From Octopus vulgaris (taxonomy: Eukaryota): a stretch of DNA of 64,000 nt. Both the position numbers and the translations under genes were made by a program. Positions 40,595 through 53,816 of the stretch are shown piece after piece. The notes beneath the pieces were generated by a model that was not told where the DNA came from, did no database searches, and saw only the letters and a list, made by a program, of their open reading frames with translations. Location: contig OX597821.1 in the NCBI GenBank assembly GCA_951406725.2, positions 102,362,001-102,426,000 of the forward strand, read 5' to 3'. Position 1 is the first letter of the stretch, and every line of letters starts with the position of its first letter.

Positions 40595-41320
40595 TTCAGA
40601 GTGTAAGCGCCCTGAGAGAACAGTTGGACATATGAAGCATCAGATGTGGTGTGCTAGAGAGACGACTACGTTGGTAGGGTCATGTGTTGTGTATGGATGA
40701 GGATAGCTGTGTGAAGAAGTGTCGCACCCTAACAGTGGAGGGAACTTGTGGAAGAGGTAGACCCAGGAGGACAGGAGGTGAAGTGATGGAGCACGATCTT
40801 CGAATATTGGGCTTCACAGAAGCAATGACAAGCGACCGAGACCTTTGGAGATATGCTATAGTTTAGAAGACCGGGCAAACCAAGTCAGCTTGTAGCCGTG
40901 ATTGATGCCAGTGTCACATAACTGGCCTGTTTAAAAGTATCCTTCAATTGTTGGGGCAATATGTTATACTTGAGAAGACCTGCTGAGTCAAGTGAAATCG
41001 TGGTCATGGCCAATGCCAATGCTAGTGGCACATAAAAAACACTATTTGAGCGTGGTCAATGCCAGTGCTGCTTGACTGGCCCCTGTGTCGGTGGCATGTA
41101 AAAAGCACCATTTGAGCATGGTTGATGCTAGTGCTGCCTAACTCGCCCCCATAAAAAGCACCCACTACACTCAGTGGTTGGCTTAGGAAGGGCATCCAGC
41201 TTTAGAAACCTTGCCAGATCAGACTGGAGCCTGGTTCAGCCTCCTGGCTCGCCAGCCCTCGGTCAAACTGCCCAACCCATGTCAGCATGGAAAGTGGACG
41301 TTAAACGATAATGATGATGA
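40595..41320 (+). mobile_element. 5'-truncated RTE LINE: ORF2 end, repetitive 3'UTR, (GAT)n tail
   Basis: RRLRW*GHVLCM...VEGTCGRGRPRRT...DRDLWR motif, GGCAC(G/A)TAAAAAGCAC repeats, gatgat tail. Confidence 0.85.
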
Positions 41321-41376
41321 TACATACTCATATTTTGAGTTCTATTTTCCCTGTTTGCACCAACATACATACATAC

Positions 41377-41430
<54 letters not shown>

Positions 41431-42529
41431 GTACAAATCCCATACCCAGTCCACGCTGTAAAAATACACAACACCAAAGTGAGAAGGTTTTCTTTGTGTA
41501 AGATGACATGGACCATGACAACTTGTCCAACTCATGAAAGCATGAAAGAAAAAAAAAACCTACTGATATAATATGACAATGATTAATGACAATATCTATG
41601 AGTAAAGATTTTTCATAATATAAACACATGCTTGCACACATCAACAAACTTGAGCATCGCTACACACAAAATACAGACAATGCATTTTAGATGTAAGTTA
41701 TCTCAAAATGAATTACAATAGTTTATTTAGCCATTTGTAATTTTCAGTTTTATTGTACTGGTTTACAACAAGTGTTAGGTGAATGACACAATTAATCAGC
41801 TTATGGAGAAATTGAAACAGACAGGACATTGATCTTTCATCAGAGGCAGTCATTTTTCTTGGTAACTTTACAGCTTATAAAAAGAGCCAACACAGATGCC
41901 TACTTACAGATCCAGATTGAAAATATAAATAAACAATTTCAGTATTTTTACCTGCTAAAGAATGAAAATATATATATATATATATATATAGTCTGCTGAA
42001 ATGATTCGAAAACACAACACCTAATAACCTAATGATATAGCTTTACTACTGCTCTGATGAGATTTTGCCTAATATAATGATTTAATTATTGCTATTTAAC
42101 CTTTTAGGCTTAATTGAAACAGCTGTAAGAGAATATGTTGGATTTTTGCAGATAATGAATTATATTAATGCTACAACTCCATTTTCTCAAGATAATTCTC
42201 CTAAATAAAGAAGACAAGACTGAGAATAATGAAGAATGTGAGGGAGAGCCTGCATTAACACATGTTTATAGATTGCTGAACCAATGAGAGGGGCGGCTGG
42301 TGCCATTGAGTGAGCCACTATACAACAAACAGAAATAACAGCTCAATCAGTCTTAAAAGCTAACCTGCTATTTCAGTTGCTAATATATAAAATGAAAGAA
42401 TGGTCTCAGCTGGAACATCATTGTATGTCAGAGATGATCTGAAGCTAAACACTATATTTAATGGTTCTACATGTCCAAGGGCCAAATCCTGTGAGCAACC
42501 ACAACCTGTGATTAAAACTGATACAAAAG

Positions 42530-42935
42530 ACTGCGCTGAGTTGCTGTGTGGTAAGAAGCTTACTTCCCAATCATATGGTTACAGGTTCAGTCCCACTGTG
42601 AGGAACTTTGGGCAAGTGTCTTCTACAATAACCTTGGGCCAATGAAAGTCTTGTGAGTGGATTTTGTAGACGGAAAGTGAAAAGAAGCCTGTTGTATATA
42701 TATTTGTGTATGGATGTGTGTGTGTGTTTATGTTTGTGCCCAACTGCTGTTTGACAATTAATATTGGTGAGTTTATGTACCCATAACTTAGCAGTTCAGT
42801 AAAGGGGTCTGATAGAATAAGTACCAGGTTTAAAAAAATAAAATTAAACACTGGAATTGATTCATTCAACTAAAATTCTTTAAGGTGGTGCCTCAGCATG
42901 GCCACAATCTAGTGACTAAAACAAGTAAAAGAGTA
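42530..42935 (+). mobile_element. CORE-domain SINE
   Basis: Family match. Confidence 0.8.
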
Positions 42936-43639
42936 AAATGAAATAACAAAGCTAAATACTAGACACGTACATGGGGAGGACTTAAATAAAATATCACAAA
43001 TCAGGATGCTTAATAAAGACTCCTTAATATAAGAGAGATAAGGGACAGCCAGGAAACAATGTTAAGTGAAAATCTTGGAGGCAAACTGATAGATAAAGAC
43101 ACCTGAGGCATAAACTACAACTAGAATTAGAAAAGACAAGCTCATTAAGGAACCTCTAATGGTCACATGACCTCCTAGAAATAGCAGTCAAATCTCCTTT
43201 AAATTACAGCCTATTGTCTTAAAACAAAAAGAGGAGAAAGGACACTGAATAAGATAATCTTTACAAGGAAAGTGGAGATTGATGGTCATGGCTGGAACAC
43301 ATCATTATCATCGTTTAACGTCCGCTTTCCATGCTAGCATGTGTTGGACGATTTTGACTGAGGGCTGGCGAACCAGATGGCTGCACCAGGCTTCAATCTT
43401 GATTTGGCAGAGTTTCTACAGCTGGAACACATTTCATTATAATATGTCTACTTAATCTGGGCTGACCTAAGGCTAAGCAATTACAGCACAACCAATTATA
43501 ATCTCTCGAGTCTTGCATGCATTATCCTGGCCTCTTCAAATGCTAGATACGATAGAGCTGTTATCACTGATAACAGCTATATTGTATCTAGAGGGATTTG
43601 TTCATCACAGCAATTAATTAATGCATCACACTGCAAGTG

Positions 43640-44090
43640 AGGCAATGAATTTCGTATGAAGGCGAACAAAAGTGTGGAGTGGAGTGAAAGCATTTGAAGA
43701 GGCCAGGATAATGCATGCAAGACTCAAGAGAGATTTAAAGAAGAATGTTACGATCAAGAAGGTGAATCACCATGACCTTTTTGTGTGCACAGTTTGTGAC
43801 AGACCATGCCTTTCTTTTGCTGGGCTCAAATCTCGTTTGCGAACCCATGGAAAATGAACCTCCACCAGCTATTCTGCCTATATGCCTGTGCACACCTTTC
43901 AATGCAATGTATGCCAGAAGGTTTGCAAATCTAACAGGCCTCAAAAGACATTTTAAGATCCACAAATATCAGAACTTATCTGCAGCTCTTGGTGGTCCAA
44001 ATGGATATGCAATCTATGCAGATGTCTTTTCAAAACATTGCCTGGTTTAAAAAGCCACATCAGATGCCATAATGGTTCTAAGGTGTAGGT
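43640..44090 (+). mobile_element. RTE-type LINE ORF2 3' end with three degenerate C2H2 zinc fingers
   Basis: GVKAFEEARIMHARLKR then FVCTVCDRPCLSFAGLKSRLRTH, FQCNVCQKVCKS/LTGLKRHFKIH, WICNLCRCLFKTLPGLKSHIRCH; stop and frameshifts present. Confidence 0.75.
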
Positions 44091-45738
44091 ACATGAGGTG
44101 GCCAAACTCTGCATGAAGAGTAGACAACCACCATATATATATACATACATGAGTATGTGTGTGTGTATATATATAAATAAATATACACACATATATCTAT
44201 ATATATACACACACACACACATGTATGTGTACACATATATAGGTATTTTGGTGGAAACACGAAACATAGAACTCAAAATATGAGTATATGTATATTTATA
44301 TTAATATTTAGCAGAAGCAACAGAGACACTCAAAGGGTGAGAGTTTTTCGCGGTCGCACCTCAGACCTTGAGTCTCACTGCATGGCACCTTGGGCAAGTG
44401 TCTTCTGCTATAGCCTCAGGCTGACCAAAGCCTTGTGAGTGGATTTGGTAGATTGAAACTGAAAGAAACCCGTCGTATATATGTGTGTGTGTGTTTGTCC
44501 CCCTTACCATTGCCTGACAACTGATGCTGGTGTCTTTATGTCCCCATAACTTAGAATAAGTACTAGGCTTACAAAGAATAAGTCCTGGGGTTGATTTGCT
44601 TGACTAAAGATGGTGCTCCAGTCAAATGACTAAAACAAGTAAAAAAATAAAAGAATAAATATATAATTTTGGTATCGAATAAATTTAAGCATCTAGGTCA
44701 CAATCACAATAGTTTGGTTGTCCCAACTATACATCTTTTATTGATATTTTATAATATTATAAATATGCAGTCATACATAATGTATGATATTATACCATAA
44801 TTATTGCTGGTATACTTATTGTATTGTATACAAGAGTTGCCAAATTACAAATAACAGCAATATTAGAAGACAGGTTAGGTAAATGTTACTTTTTGATGTC
44901 GTTTGTTCAGTTCTAGGTTGGTTTTGTTCTTAATGCAGCTGGTACCTCCCCCCGGAGGGGGGGGGGCATGTCAATGGGGGACATTGAGGTAACACAATTG
45001 CATTGTGCATGATAAAACCAGTAATGGTTATTAAAATAAAATGAGATCTCATCAGGCACAGGGAAGTCATTAATTAGCAATGCATAAAATAATTTACAAT
45101 TTTTGTCTCTATTAAATTTTTCTCCATTTCACTGTTAAAAGCTATACAATCCATTTTTAGAGTAAAATTTATAAATTATTATCCATGTTAGTTGTTGATA
45201 CCTCACTATCTACTTAGGTGGGCACGAGGCATAACAACTACTTAAAGGGAGAGGGGGCAATACAAAAAAGTAAAAGAAAAAAGGCATAGGAGCAGCTGTG
45301 TGGCAAGTAGCTTGCTTACCAACCATATGTTGTCAACTTGTATTAGCTATTTAAGTAGGAGATTTTTATTCCACTAGACTTTGAAAGTATAATACTACAA
45401 GGACTGTACACAAGACATAGTCAGATGCTCTTCCAAGTGCCAACCTTTAGTTGTTATATGCCTGAAGTGCAGAGTATTTGTTCGCTGAATTAAACAATGG
45501 TTTTTGCTTAGATGGTTCCAAATGATGACACACTAGGTTGATATTTATGCTATGTTTCTCTCTCCCTCACTCAGCTAGCTTCCTTACACCTATAAAATAA
45601 ACTCCAAGGCATTGGTTGGCCTGGAGATAAAGCAGATGACATTAGCCCAATGTGCCACACAGTGGGACTGAACCTGAAATCATGTGGTTGCAAAGTGAAT
45701 TTCAGAACCACCAAAGACACATTATGTGTGTGTGCATG

Positions 45739-45775
<37 letters not shown>

Positions 45776-45880
45776 ATTGAAAAATAGGATAAAATCTTTA
45801 TAAGAATTTATAAAGTAGTTAGCGTGAAAAATCTCATATGGGAAAAATCCATCAATTATTCCTCTTAAATATATTTTTTT

Positions 45881-46005
45881 ATATTAAGGGCTTTACTATA
45901 CATAAATGCCTCACGCTAGGAGGGACTCTTACAGTCCTATAGTAGTTTTGACTGTAAGAGTCCCTCCTAGTGTGAGGTATTTATGTATAGTAATGCCCTT
46001 AATAT
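45881..46005. repeat. Inverted repeat, 56-bp arms (53/56 matched), 13-nt loop
   Basis: Arms 45881-45936 and 45950-46005 aligned by eye. Confidence 0.95.
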
Positions 46006-46153
46006 ATATATAGTTCAAAGACAATGACAGGTGTAGGAGCAACAAGCAAGTGTATTAGTTCTACCAATTGAAAAGAATTTATGTGTGTGTATATATAAAT
46101 ACATATATACACATATATGTATTGCTCATTAATTTGTTTTATGTCTATATATA

Positions 46154-46388
46154 CAGGGTGGTCCAAAAGTAGGCTTACAGTTATTCAACTATCTCTTTTG
46201 CATTCGTATATAAACACTTTAGATCTTAATTATAACAAAATATGAAACCATTATTCTATGCTAATTTAGTTAATTTTGTCAAGCTCCCTTTTCAGTTTGT
46301 AAGATAGAAATTTAAATGTAATAAAATGTTTTAAAAGAAATTTAAAGTGCCTACATGATAACTGTAAACCTACTTTTGGGCCACCCTG
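46154..46388. mobile_element. Tc1/mariner-superfamily MITE
   Basis: 31-bp TIRs CAGGGTGG(T/C)CCAAAAGTAGG(C/T)TTACAGTTAT with 2 mismatches; flanks TA and TG. Confidence 0.85.
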
Positions 46389-47865
46389 TGTGTGTATGTG
46401 TGTGCATATATATATATATATGGTATTAAAAGGGAAAACTATCGTGGCAGATACGGTATTATCTCACAAAATGGTATAGCTGCCGGCTATTCACAATGGT
46501 CCAATTACATAGCGCTCAAGCTTAAAAGAGATGCTAGTACTGGTAGTTCCGTGTTGGTTAGTTCCAGGTTCCTATTCATAACTGCAAATATTTTTTGGAG
46601 TATGTAATTGATAACGAAGAGGAGAGTGGAGATTTATTCACATCCAAAATGTTTTCTGCAATATATATAACACCCAACTACATGTATTTTGACTGCAGTG
46701 ACTGCACATTGCTGTCATGAGTGATGGACCCTTAATGAAAATGCAGTGACTAAGATGCATAATGGCAGTCGAAACATATGTAGGTCAGTGTTATATATGC
46801 TGTAGAAACCTTTTTAATAAAAAATTTGGGGATGGAAATAAATCTCTCTCTTCTTCATTATCAATTATATATATACACATGTGTGTGTGTATATATATAT
46901 ATATATAAATAATATATAAATATATACACAAATACATACATATATGTACCTACCTACATCTATATGTATATATACATGCATATATGGGTACAAGACACCA
47001 AAAAAAACGTTGAACAAAATGAGAAACGAAAACATGGAAATGAACTATTTTTCAAACAACAAAAGAACAGAGTACAAGACGTACAACACAAAGAATATTC
47101 CCCTTCTTCAGTTGTCCGTGTTTTGTCTACTCTGCGTTTCGAAGGTAAGGACAAGACGCGACCTTGTTGAAACAGTCCTTCCCGCAAAGCAAATTAAATA
47201 AAATTTGGGATTTTTGTGGAGGGGTAAAAGTGGTAACAAGAACAGGGCAGTAAGAACAAAACAACATATATCATCATTATCATCCTTTAATGTCCATTTT
47301 CCATGCTGGCATGGGTTGCATATATGCATGAACATGAACACACACACACAAGGCCAAGCTAACATTGAAGCTTGATGCAGTCCTCCAGCTTGCTGGGCCC
47401 TGTCAAACCATCCAATCCATTGCACTGGAGTGTATTTGATTTTGCACACACACACATTGTGTGTGGTTGCGTATTTACATATACACAATCCACATAGACA
47501 GAAAATATGCTTCATTCAATAACAATATATCTAAGACTTCCGAGAGAATATATACAGTCCAGGTTTCATAAACCATTTAAGTAGCAAGACTAAGTATTAT
47601 TTTCTGGTTTATACAGTGAAATAGTATCTAATAACACTTACATTAACACCATCCATTCACATGTGTAAAATGTATGAAGTTTGAATGATTCTCTCCACCT
47701 CCCATCATGGGATCAAATTATTATATTTTTCTTATTAGCAAAGCAATCTCAAGGCCAGCAGTTTCTAACATTTCTGCGATTTAGTCATGTACAGCATAAG
47801 ATATGTGATACACTTATTGATAAACAGTACCAAATGGGATACTTGACTTTTAGCATTATTTGAAC

Positions 47866-48209
47866 CAATGGGCCTCAACTGAGGTCCGTAAAAGATTTTG
47901 TGGTGGGGTTGACGCAATAAAATATTAAATTGGGGCCCTACAATGGTATTTTAAAGACCCCTAAAAAATTTTTTCTTTAGATGTATTCATTGGTATGTAT
48001 TGCAAGAAACAGCCAAATTTCTTTCTCTAACATTTTACATAGTTCAACCTGTACAAGTTAATGTGTGAAAATTAAAACAGGAATTTTGAAAGAAGTTTAT
48101 ATAAGACTAATTTTTAAATACTGAATGACTATGGGGGGGGGGGGGTCCACCAGAATAATATAGTAACCAAAAGGGGTCCATAGATAAAAAAAATGGTTGA
48201 GAACCCCTG
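47866..48209. mobile_element. hAT MITE (same family as 14099-14412, opposite orientation) nested in a piggyBac-like MITE
   Basis: Right TIR ggttgagaacccctg; TSD-like atttgaac / atttaaat; interior matches the 14.1 kb copy. Confidence 0.75.
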
Positions 48210-48699
48210 ATTTAAATCAATCATATCAGGCATCAATAGTCTCCCTGTTTTATCCCTGCAAACCAGCAAGATCTGACCTCCCACACCTACCCTTCAGTAT
48301 CATTTTGAAAATAAGCAGTCCCATTGTTGAAATCTGAAAATTACAAGATAATGCATGATAAATGGAAAACTGTGTGAATAAAAAAGTGTTATACTTGACA
48401 GAGTAATCTGAATACTAAAGAGTTAAAAGTTAAAAACTCATGCTATCTTAGTTGGAAATCACTTCCCTGTATGGTTGTACAATGAACTAGAATTAGCATC
48501 CAAAGTTACCTCATGTGATGCTCTGATTTAAAGAAGAGATGTTCATGGTTTGAAAGCCTTTGTTCATATGCCTGCTAAATTCAGGGAAATGACATATACA
48601 TACACAAGCATTCAAGCATGTCTACATATACACACACACTCATAGTTCCACAAGTAAGTTTACATGTATATGCGCACACACACACATTCTTTTATTATG

Positions 48700-49360
48700 T
48701 TACTTGTCTCAGTCATTTGACTGCAGCCATGCTGGAGCACTGCCTTGTAAGGTTTCGTTTAGACGAATAGACCAACCCCAGGATTTATTTTGTCGGCCTT
48801 ATTTTGCTGAATTACTAAGTTATGGGGATGTAAACACACCAATGTCAGTTGTTAAGCAGTGGTGGTAGACACACACGCACGATGGACTTCTTTCAGTTTC
48901 TGCCTACCAAATCCACTTACAAGACTTTTGTTGGCCTGAGGCCATAGTAGAAGACACTGACCCGGGGTGCCACAGTGGGACTGAACTTGTGCCTATATAT
49001 CTATATCTATATATATATATATATATATATATAGGCAGGCATATACATATTTATATGTGTTTGTGTATGTATGTCTCTAGTGGCTCAACCTGTTAGAAAC
49101 AGGAACTAAACCGCATTCAAATCACATCTAAGCGCCTAAAAAAAGGGAAGGGCACATTAAATGCGATAGTATTAGTATATGTGAAAAGAGCGGATAGTTA
49201 AAACTGGAGTGCCTTTAATCTTAAGAGCTTGCTCAGTGAGGGAGTGTTTTGTTTTTATTCCACTACGTCAAGGGTGCAGAACTATGGGAATGTAAACAGC
49301 TGACAACATTATTTTTCACTCAAACCATCTCATACACAAAGCACAAATGACAACTTTAAT

Positions 49361-49430
<70 letters not shown>

Positions 49431-49812
49431 GTAGGAGTGGCTGTGTGGTGAGTAGCTTGCTTATGAACCACATGGTTCTGGGTTCAGTCCCACTGTGTGG
49501 CACCTTGGGCAAGTGTCTTCTACTATAGCCTTGGGCCGACCAAAGCCTTCTGAGTGGATTTGGTAGACGGAAATTTAAAAAAAGCCTGTCGTATATGTAT
49601 ATATATATATGTGTGTGTATATGTTTGTCCCCCCAACATTGCTTGACAACCAATGCTGGTGTGTTTACGTCCCCGTAACTTAGTGGTTCGGCAAAAGAGA
49701 CTGATAGAATAAGTACTAGGCTTACAAAGAATAAGTCCTGGGGTCGATTTGCTCGACTAAAGGTGGTGCTCCAGCATGGCCACAGTCAAATGACTGAAGC
49801 AAGTAACAGAGA
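48700..49812. mobile_element. Divergent pair of CORE-domain SINEs (48700-48990 minus, 49430-49812 plus)
   Basis: Family match in both orientations. Confidence 0.8.
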
Positions 49813-50149
49813 ATATATATATATATCATCATCATTTAAATGTCCATGCTGGTATGGGTTGGATGGTTTGACAGGGTTTCTATGAGTGGATGCCCTCCCT
49901 AGCACCAACCACTTTACAGAGTGTGCTGAGAGCTTTTATGTGTGCCTTACTTGGTGCTGCATGTGCATTTTTATGTGGCACTGCACAGGTGCTTCTATGT
50001 GATGCCGCATGGGTCTTCTTGAGTATAGCAAGGCACCATGTATCTCAGTCCTTTGTCATCTCACTTAAAAGGTTCAGCTCCTTGAGGTCATTCTTCAGTA
50101 CTTGCATATATCATCATCGTTTAACGTCCGCTTTCCATGCTAGCATGGG

Positions 50150-50179
<30 letters not shown>

Positions 50180-50191
<12 letters not shown>

Positions 50192-50370
50192 AGAGTTTAC
50201 GAAAAACAAAAGACGAAGACAGGTGGTGTACAAAACAAACAGATGTATTAGTATAACGCTCAGGAATAGAAAAAGTCTTTTAGGTTTCGAGCCTATGCTC
50301 TTCTACAGAAAGGGACACAGAAAAAACAAGGAGAAAAAAATGTGTGTAGTGGCTAACAACCTATCATGAT
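50180..50370 (-). mobile_element. Solo copy of the PLE terminal repeat (related to 19900-20080 and 26940-27060)
   Basis: Shared gaagacaggt...tgtattagt...aaaagtctttta.gtttcgagc.tatgctcttc.acagaaagg; sits in (TA)n. Confidence 0.7.
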
Positions 50371-50439
<69 letters not shown>

Positions 50440-53399
50440 TGCACACACACAACAGGCTTGTAAGCATTTTCTAATTACCAGTTTTATTCACAAGGTACCA
50501 GTCAGGCTAAGGCAATAGTAGAAGACATTTGCCCAATGTATTATGCAGTGTAACTGAACCTAGGACCATGGTGGTTGTGAAACAAATTTAACTACTAAGT
50601 CACATCTGCACCTGAAACTAAAGGATGTGCTCACAATGCCTTCATTTTCTAAGCAGATATCCACAGGCTCAATATTGTGTAACTCTGGGGATCAGAGGGG
50701 AACCACTGTTTTAAATGCAATAAAGCTATTTTGCGTGTGTGTGTGTGTGTGTGTATTGAGTTCAGTCCCATTGAATGGCATATTGAGCAAGTGTCTTCTA
50801 CTACAGCCTTGGGCTGACCAAAACTTTGTGAGTACATTTGATAGATGGAAACTGGTTGATATGAGTCTTCCATCACTGCATGATAACCTATGTTGGTGTA
50901 TTTATGTCCTGTAACTTAGCAGTTTGGTCAAAGGAACCAATAGAATGAGTACTGGAGTTGATTCATTTGACTAAAAATTCAAGGTGATACCCCAGCACAG
51001 CTGCTGTCTAATGATTAAAATAAATAAAAACATAAAAGATATGTACAAATCTGAACATATTGAGCATTGTTAATGTATAGAACATTATATAATGAAATCA
51101 AAAAAAAAATTTTTTAATAATAACATATATATTTATGTTATAAGAATTTAGATACTTCAAGAGATATGAAGTAAATTATTTTTAAAATAACGTATTTTCT
51201 TAGACACTCACAAGAAAATGAGTATTTAAAATACCATATAAAATAAATTAATGAGATTATCTCTGCTTCAAGAGATAGAATAATTACTTGTTTGCAACTA
51301 GGACCAAACCCAAATGAGAAGGAAAGAGAAACAAAAATTCTCCAAAACTGACATGCTATTAATAAAAAAACAAAAACAAAAGTCTGATATCCTGGAAACA
51401 AGAGGACAGTTGTGGCGATGCAATTTTGCCTAATTAGGTAAATCAGCATGGAACAGTTGCTCAATCTTATCTGCAGCAGATGGGGGATTCAGATATATAA
51501 AAAAAACAAAAGGCTCAGTAATTTGCATAAATGAAACAAAAGTGAGCTGAGAGAAATAATGCAAAGTGGTTAATGGGATGTGTTGGGGGTGACTAACTAA
51601 GACTGAAGAATATTCTATCAGGAAGTATCATAAAGCTGTTTTTTAAAATATTTAAATAACAAGAGTGTAATGAAGAGTGTAATGCAGTTTAAGTGGGTTT
51701 TATAAAAAAGAGGTATTTCAACAAATTCAAACAATAAACAAAAATTTTCAAAGCAAGTCCTAATTTAGTGATGCTACTGAAATCAGAAATAGGAGATTAT
51801 TTCAGAGTTAACCCTTTCAGTTCTAATCTCTAATTCTTTGAGATGGAACTGATCATTTTAAAGTATTCATCACCATCATAATTTAATGTCTGTTTTCCAT
51901 GCTGTAATGGGTTGGATGGTTTGATGGGAGTTGTGGCGAGCCAGAGGACTTGCACCAAACTCCAATGTGGGTTTGGCATGGTTTCTATGACTGGATATCT
52001 TTCCTAATGCCAACAACTTTACAGAATGTTGTATGAGGTACTTTTCATGTGGAAGTGGCTCAAGTGAGATCACCAAGTAGCTTGTGAGACCCCACTCAAC
52101 TGACAAACAGGGCAGTAGTATTGCGGGAGATGGCTTTGTGCCAGGGGATGAGAGGTTTATGAATGATAGAGCAGGGGCCGGTGAAATGGGGTAAAATACC
52201 GCAAGTGGGGTAAAAATGAAATTCTTGGGGATAATGACTCATTAAACATAAGTAAAATTATATAAAAAAACATGTTCCTTGTTATGACGGAAATTTTTCT
52301 TCTGGCATGAAGAGGCAGTCAAAGAGTTGCTGACTTTTGCAAACAAGGATTCTCTACTCTAATGAACATAAAAACAAAGCAGAGAAATCGATTGGACCCC
52401 AAAGACTGTATCCAAATTGCTCCAGCATCAAAATGCCCCAATTTTACATAATTGTAACAAAAATGAAACATCATTTCTCCAAAACCTGAAGTGAAAATGT
52501 TTCTAGAAAAATCCTTTTGTTTCGTAATGAGGATATCAATTTATTTTATTGCATTTGTTTTATACTTTTTATATTTATAATTGTATTCTCCATATAAATA
52601 GATTCAATAAACATTTTGAATTCAAAGAATCTATGACATTTTCCCTTTCAAATCAAGGGGGTAATGTTGGGGTATTTGGTTAAAAAAACGTTCCCTGACA
52701 GGTGTCTTGCTGGAGAGGAGATACATGGCTATCCCAGTTGGAAAAAAAAGAGAGAGAGAGAGATGGCAGTGAAGATGTGTCATTGTGTACCCTCAAGTAA
52801 CAGGGAAGTGAATATAAGTGGTACTGAACAGGGTGAGCGGGTAAGTTTACGAAAATATGAAAGGAGAGTGGCAGCTGGATAGAGATTAAACAAGTGAAGG
52901 AATGCAATGGGTGGGCATTAAGGAGTTGTAAGCAGGATGGATGTTAGAAAGATGAATTATTGGGAAGAGATTCATTAGGGACAGAATTTGTGCAGGGGCA
53001 CATACATAAAACAAATATGTTATATACAACACAATGTGTATTAGAAAATGTAATTAGTTTGGAATTTTGTGTAGTTAAGAAGTTCACTTTTCAACGATAT
53101 AATTTTGGGATATGTGCCAACCAAACCACACAACATTTTGCACAAGTGTCTTCTAATTACAGCACTGCACTGATCAAAGCCTTGAGAGTGGATATGATAG
53201 AAACTGACAGAAGCTGGTCATATATACATATGTGTGTGTGTGTGTATATATATATATAGATATGCATCCATATATATGCTTGTGTATATGTGTATTCCAC
53301 ATTTCATATCGTAAAAACCTTGATAGTCCAACCTATGCCATCAGGGAAAACAGACATTAAAGGATGCTGCTGCTGATGTATATATATTTATATAACAGA

Positions 53400-53816
53400 A
53401 CATGAGAACCAATGAGAACATCAGACGGTACCATTAATTTCCAACAAAAAAGTGCATGTGTGCACGTATTATGTTGCAGCCTCCCACCTCATACGATCTG
53501 CTGCATGTACTGGTACGGATATGTCCCCTACCTCCAGCCAGATCATCCTACCAGGGCCTCACTTTCATTCAACAGAATGGGTGTGGGCTGGAAGGGGCTC
53601 CTGTGGCAGGCCCCACACTAGATGGCTGGATGTGATTAAGGAAGATCTCCAGAGGCTTGATGTTGTCTTGGAGGATGCAGAGGGGCTGGTACAGGGCCAC
53701 CAGCAATGGGAAGCACTGGTGGACTTGGTTGGATCTTCATACAATGATGCCTCTGGGATCACTAATCTGGGATGACTGACCCCCAGCTCCAAGATCAAGA
53801 GCATGAAGCAAGCAAG
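53400..53816 (+). mobile_element. RTE LINE 3' remnant (second family)
   Basis: WYGYV...GRPHTRWLDVIKEDLQRL...QQWEALV motif; (caag)n-like tail. Confidence 0.7.
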
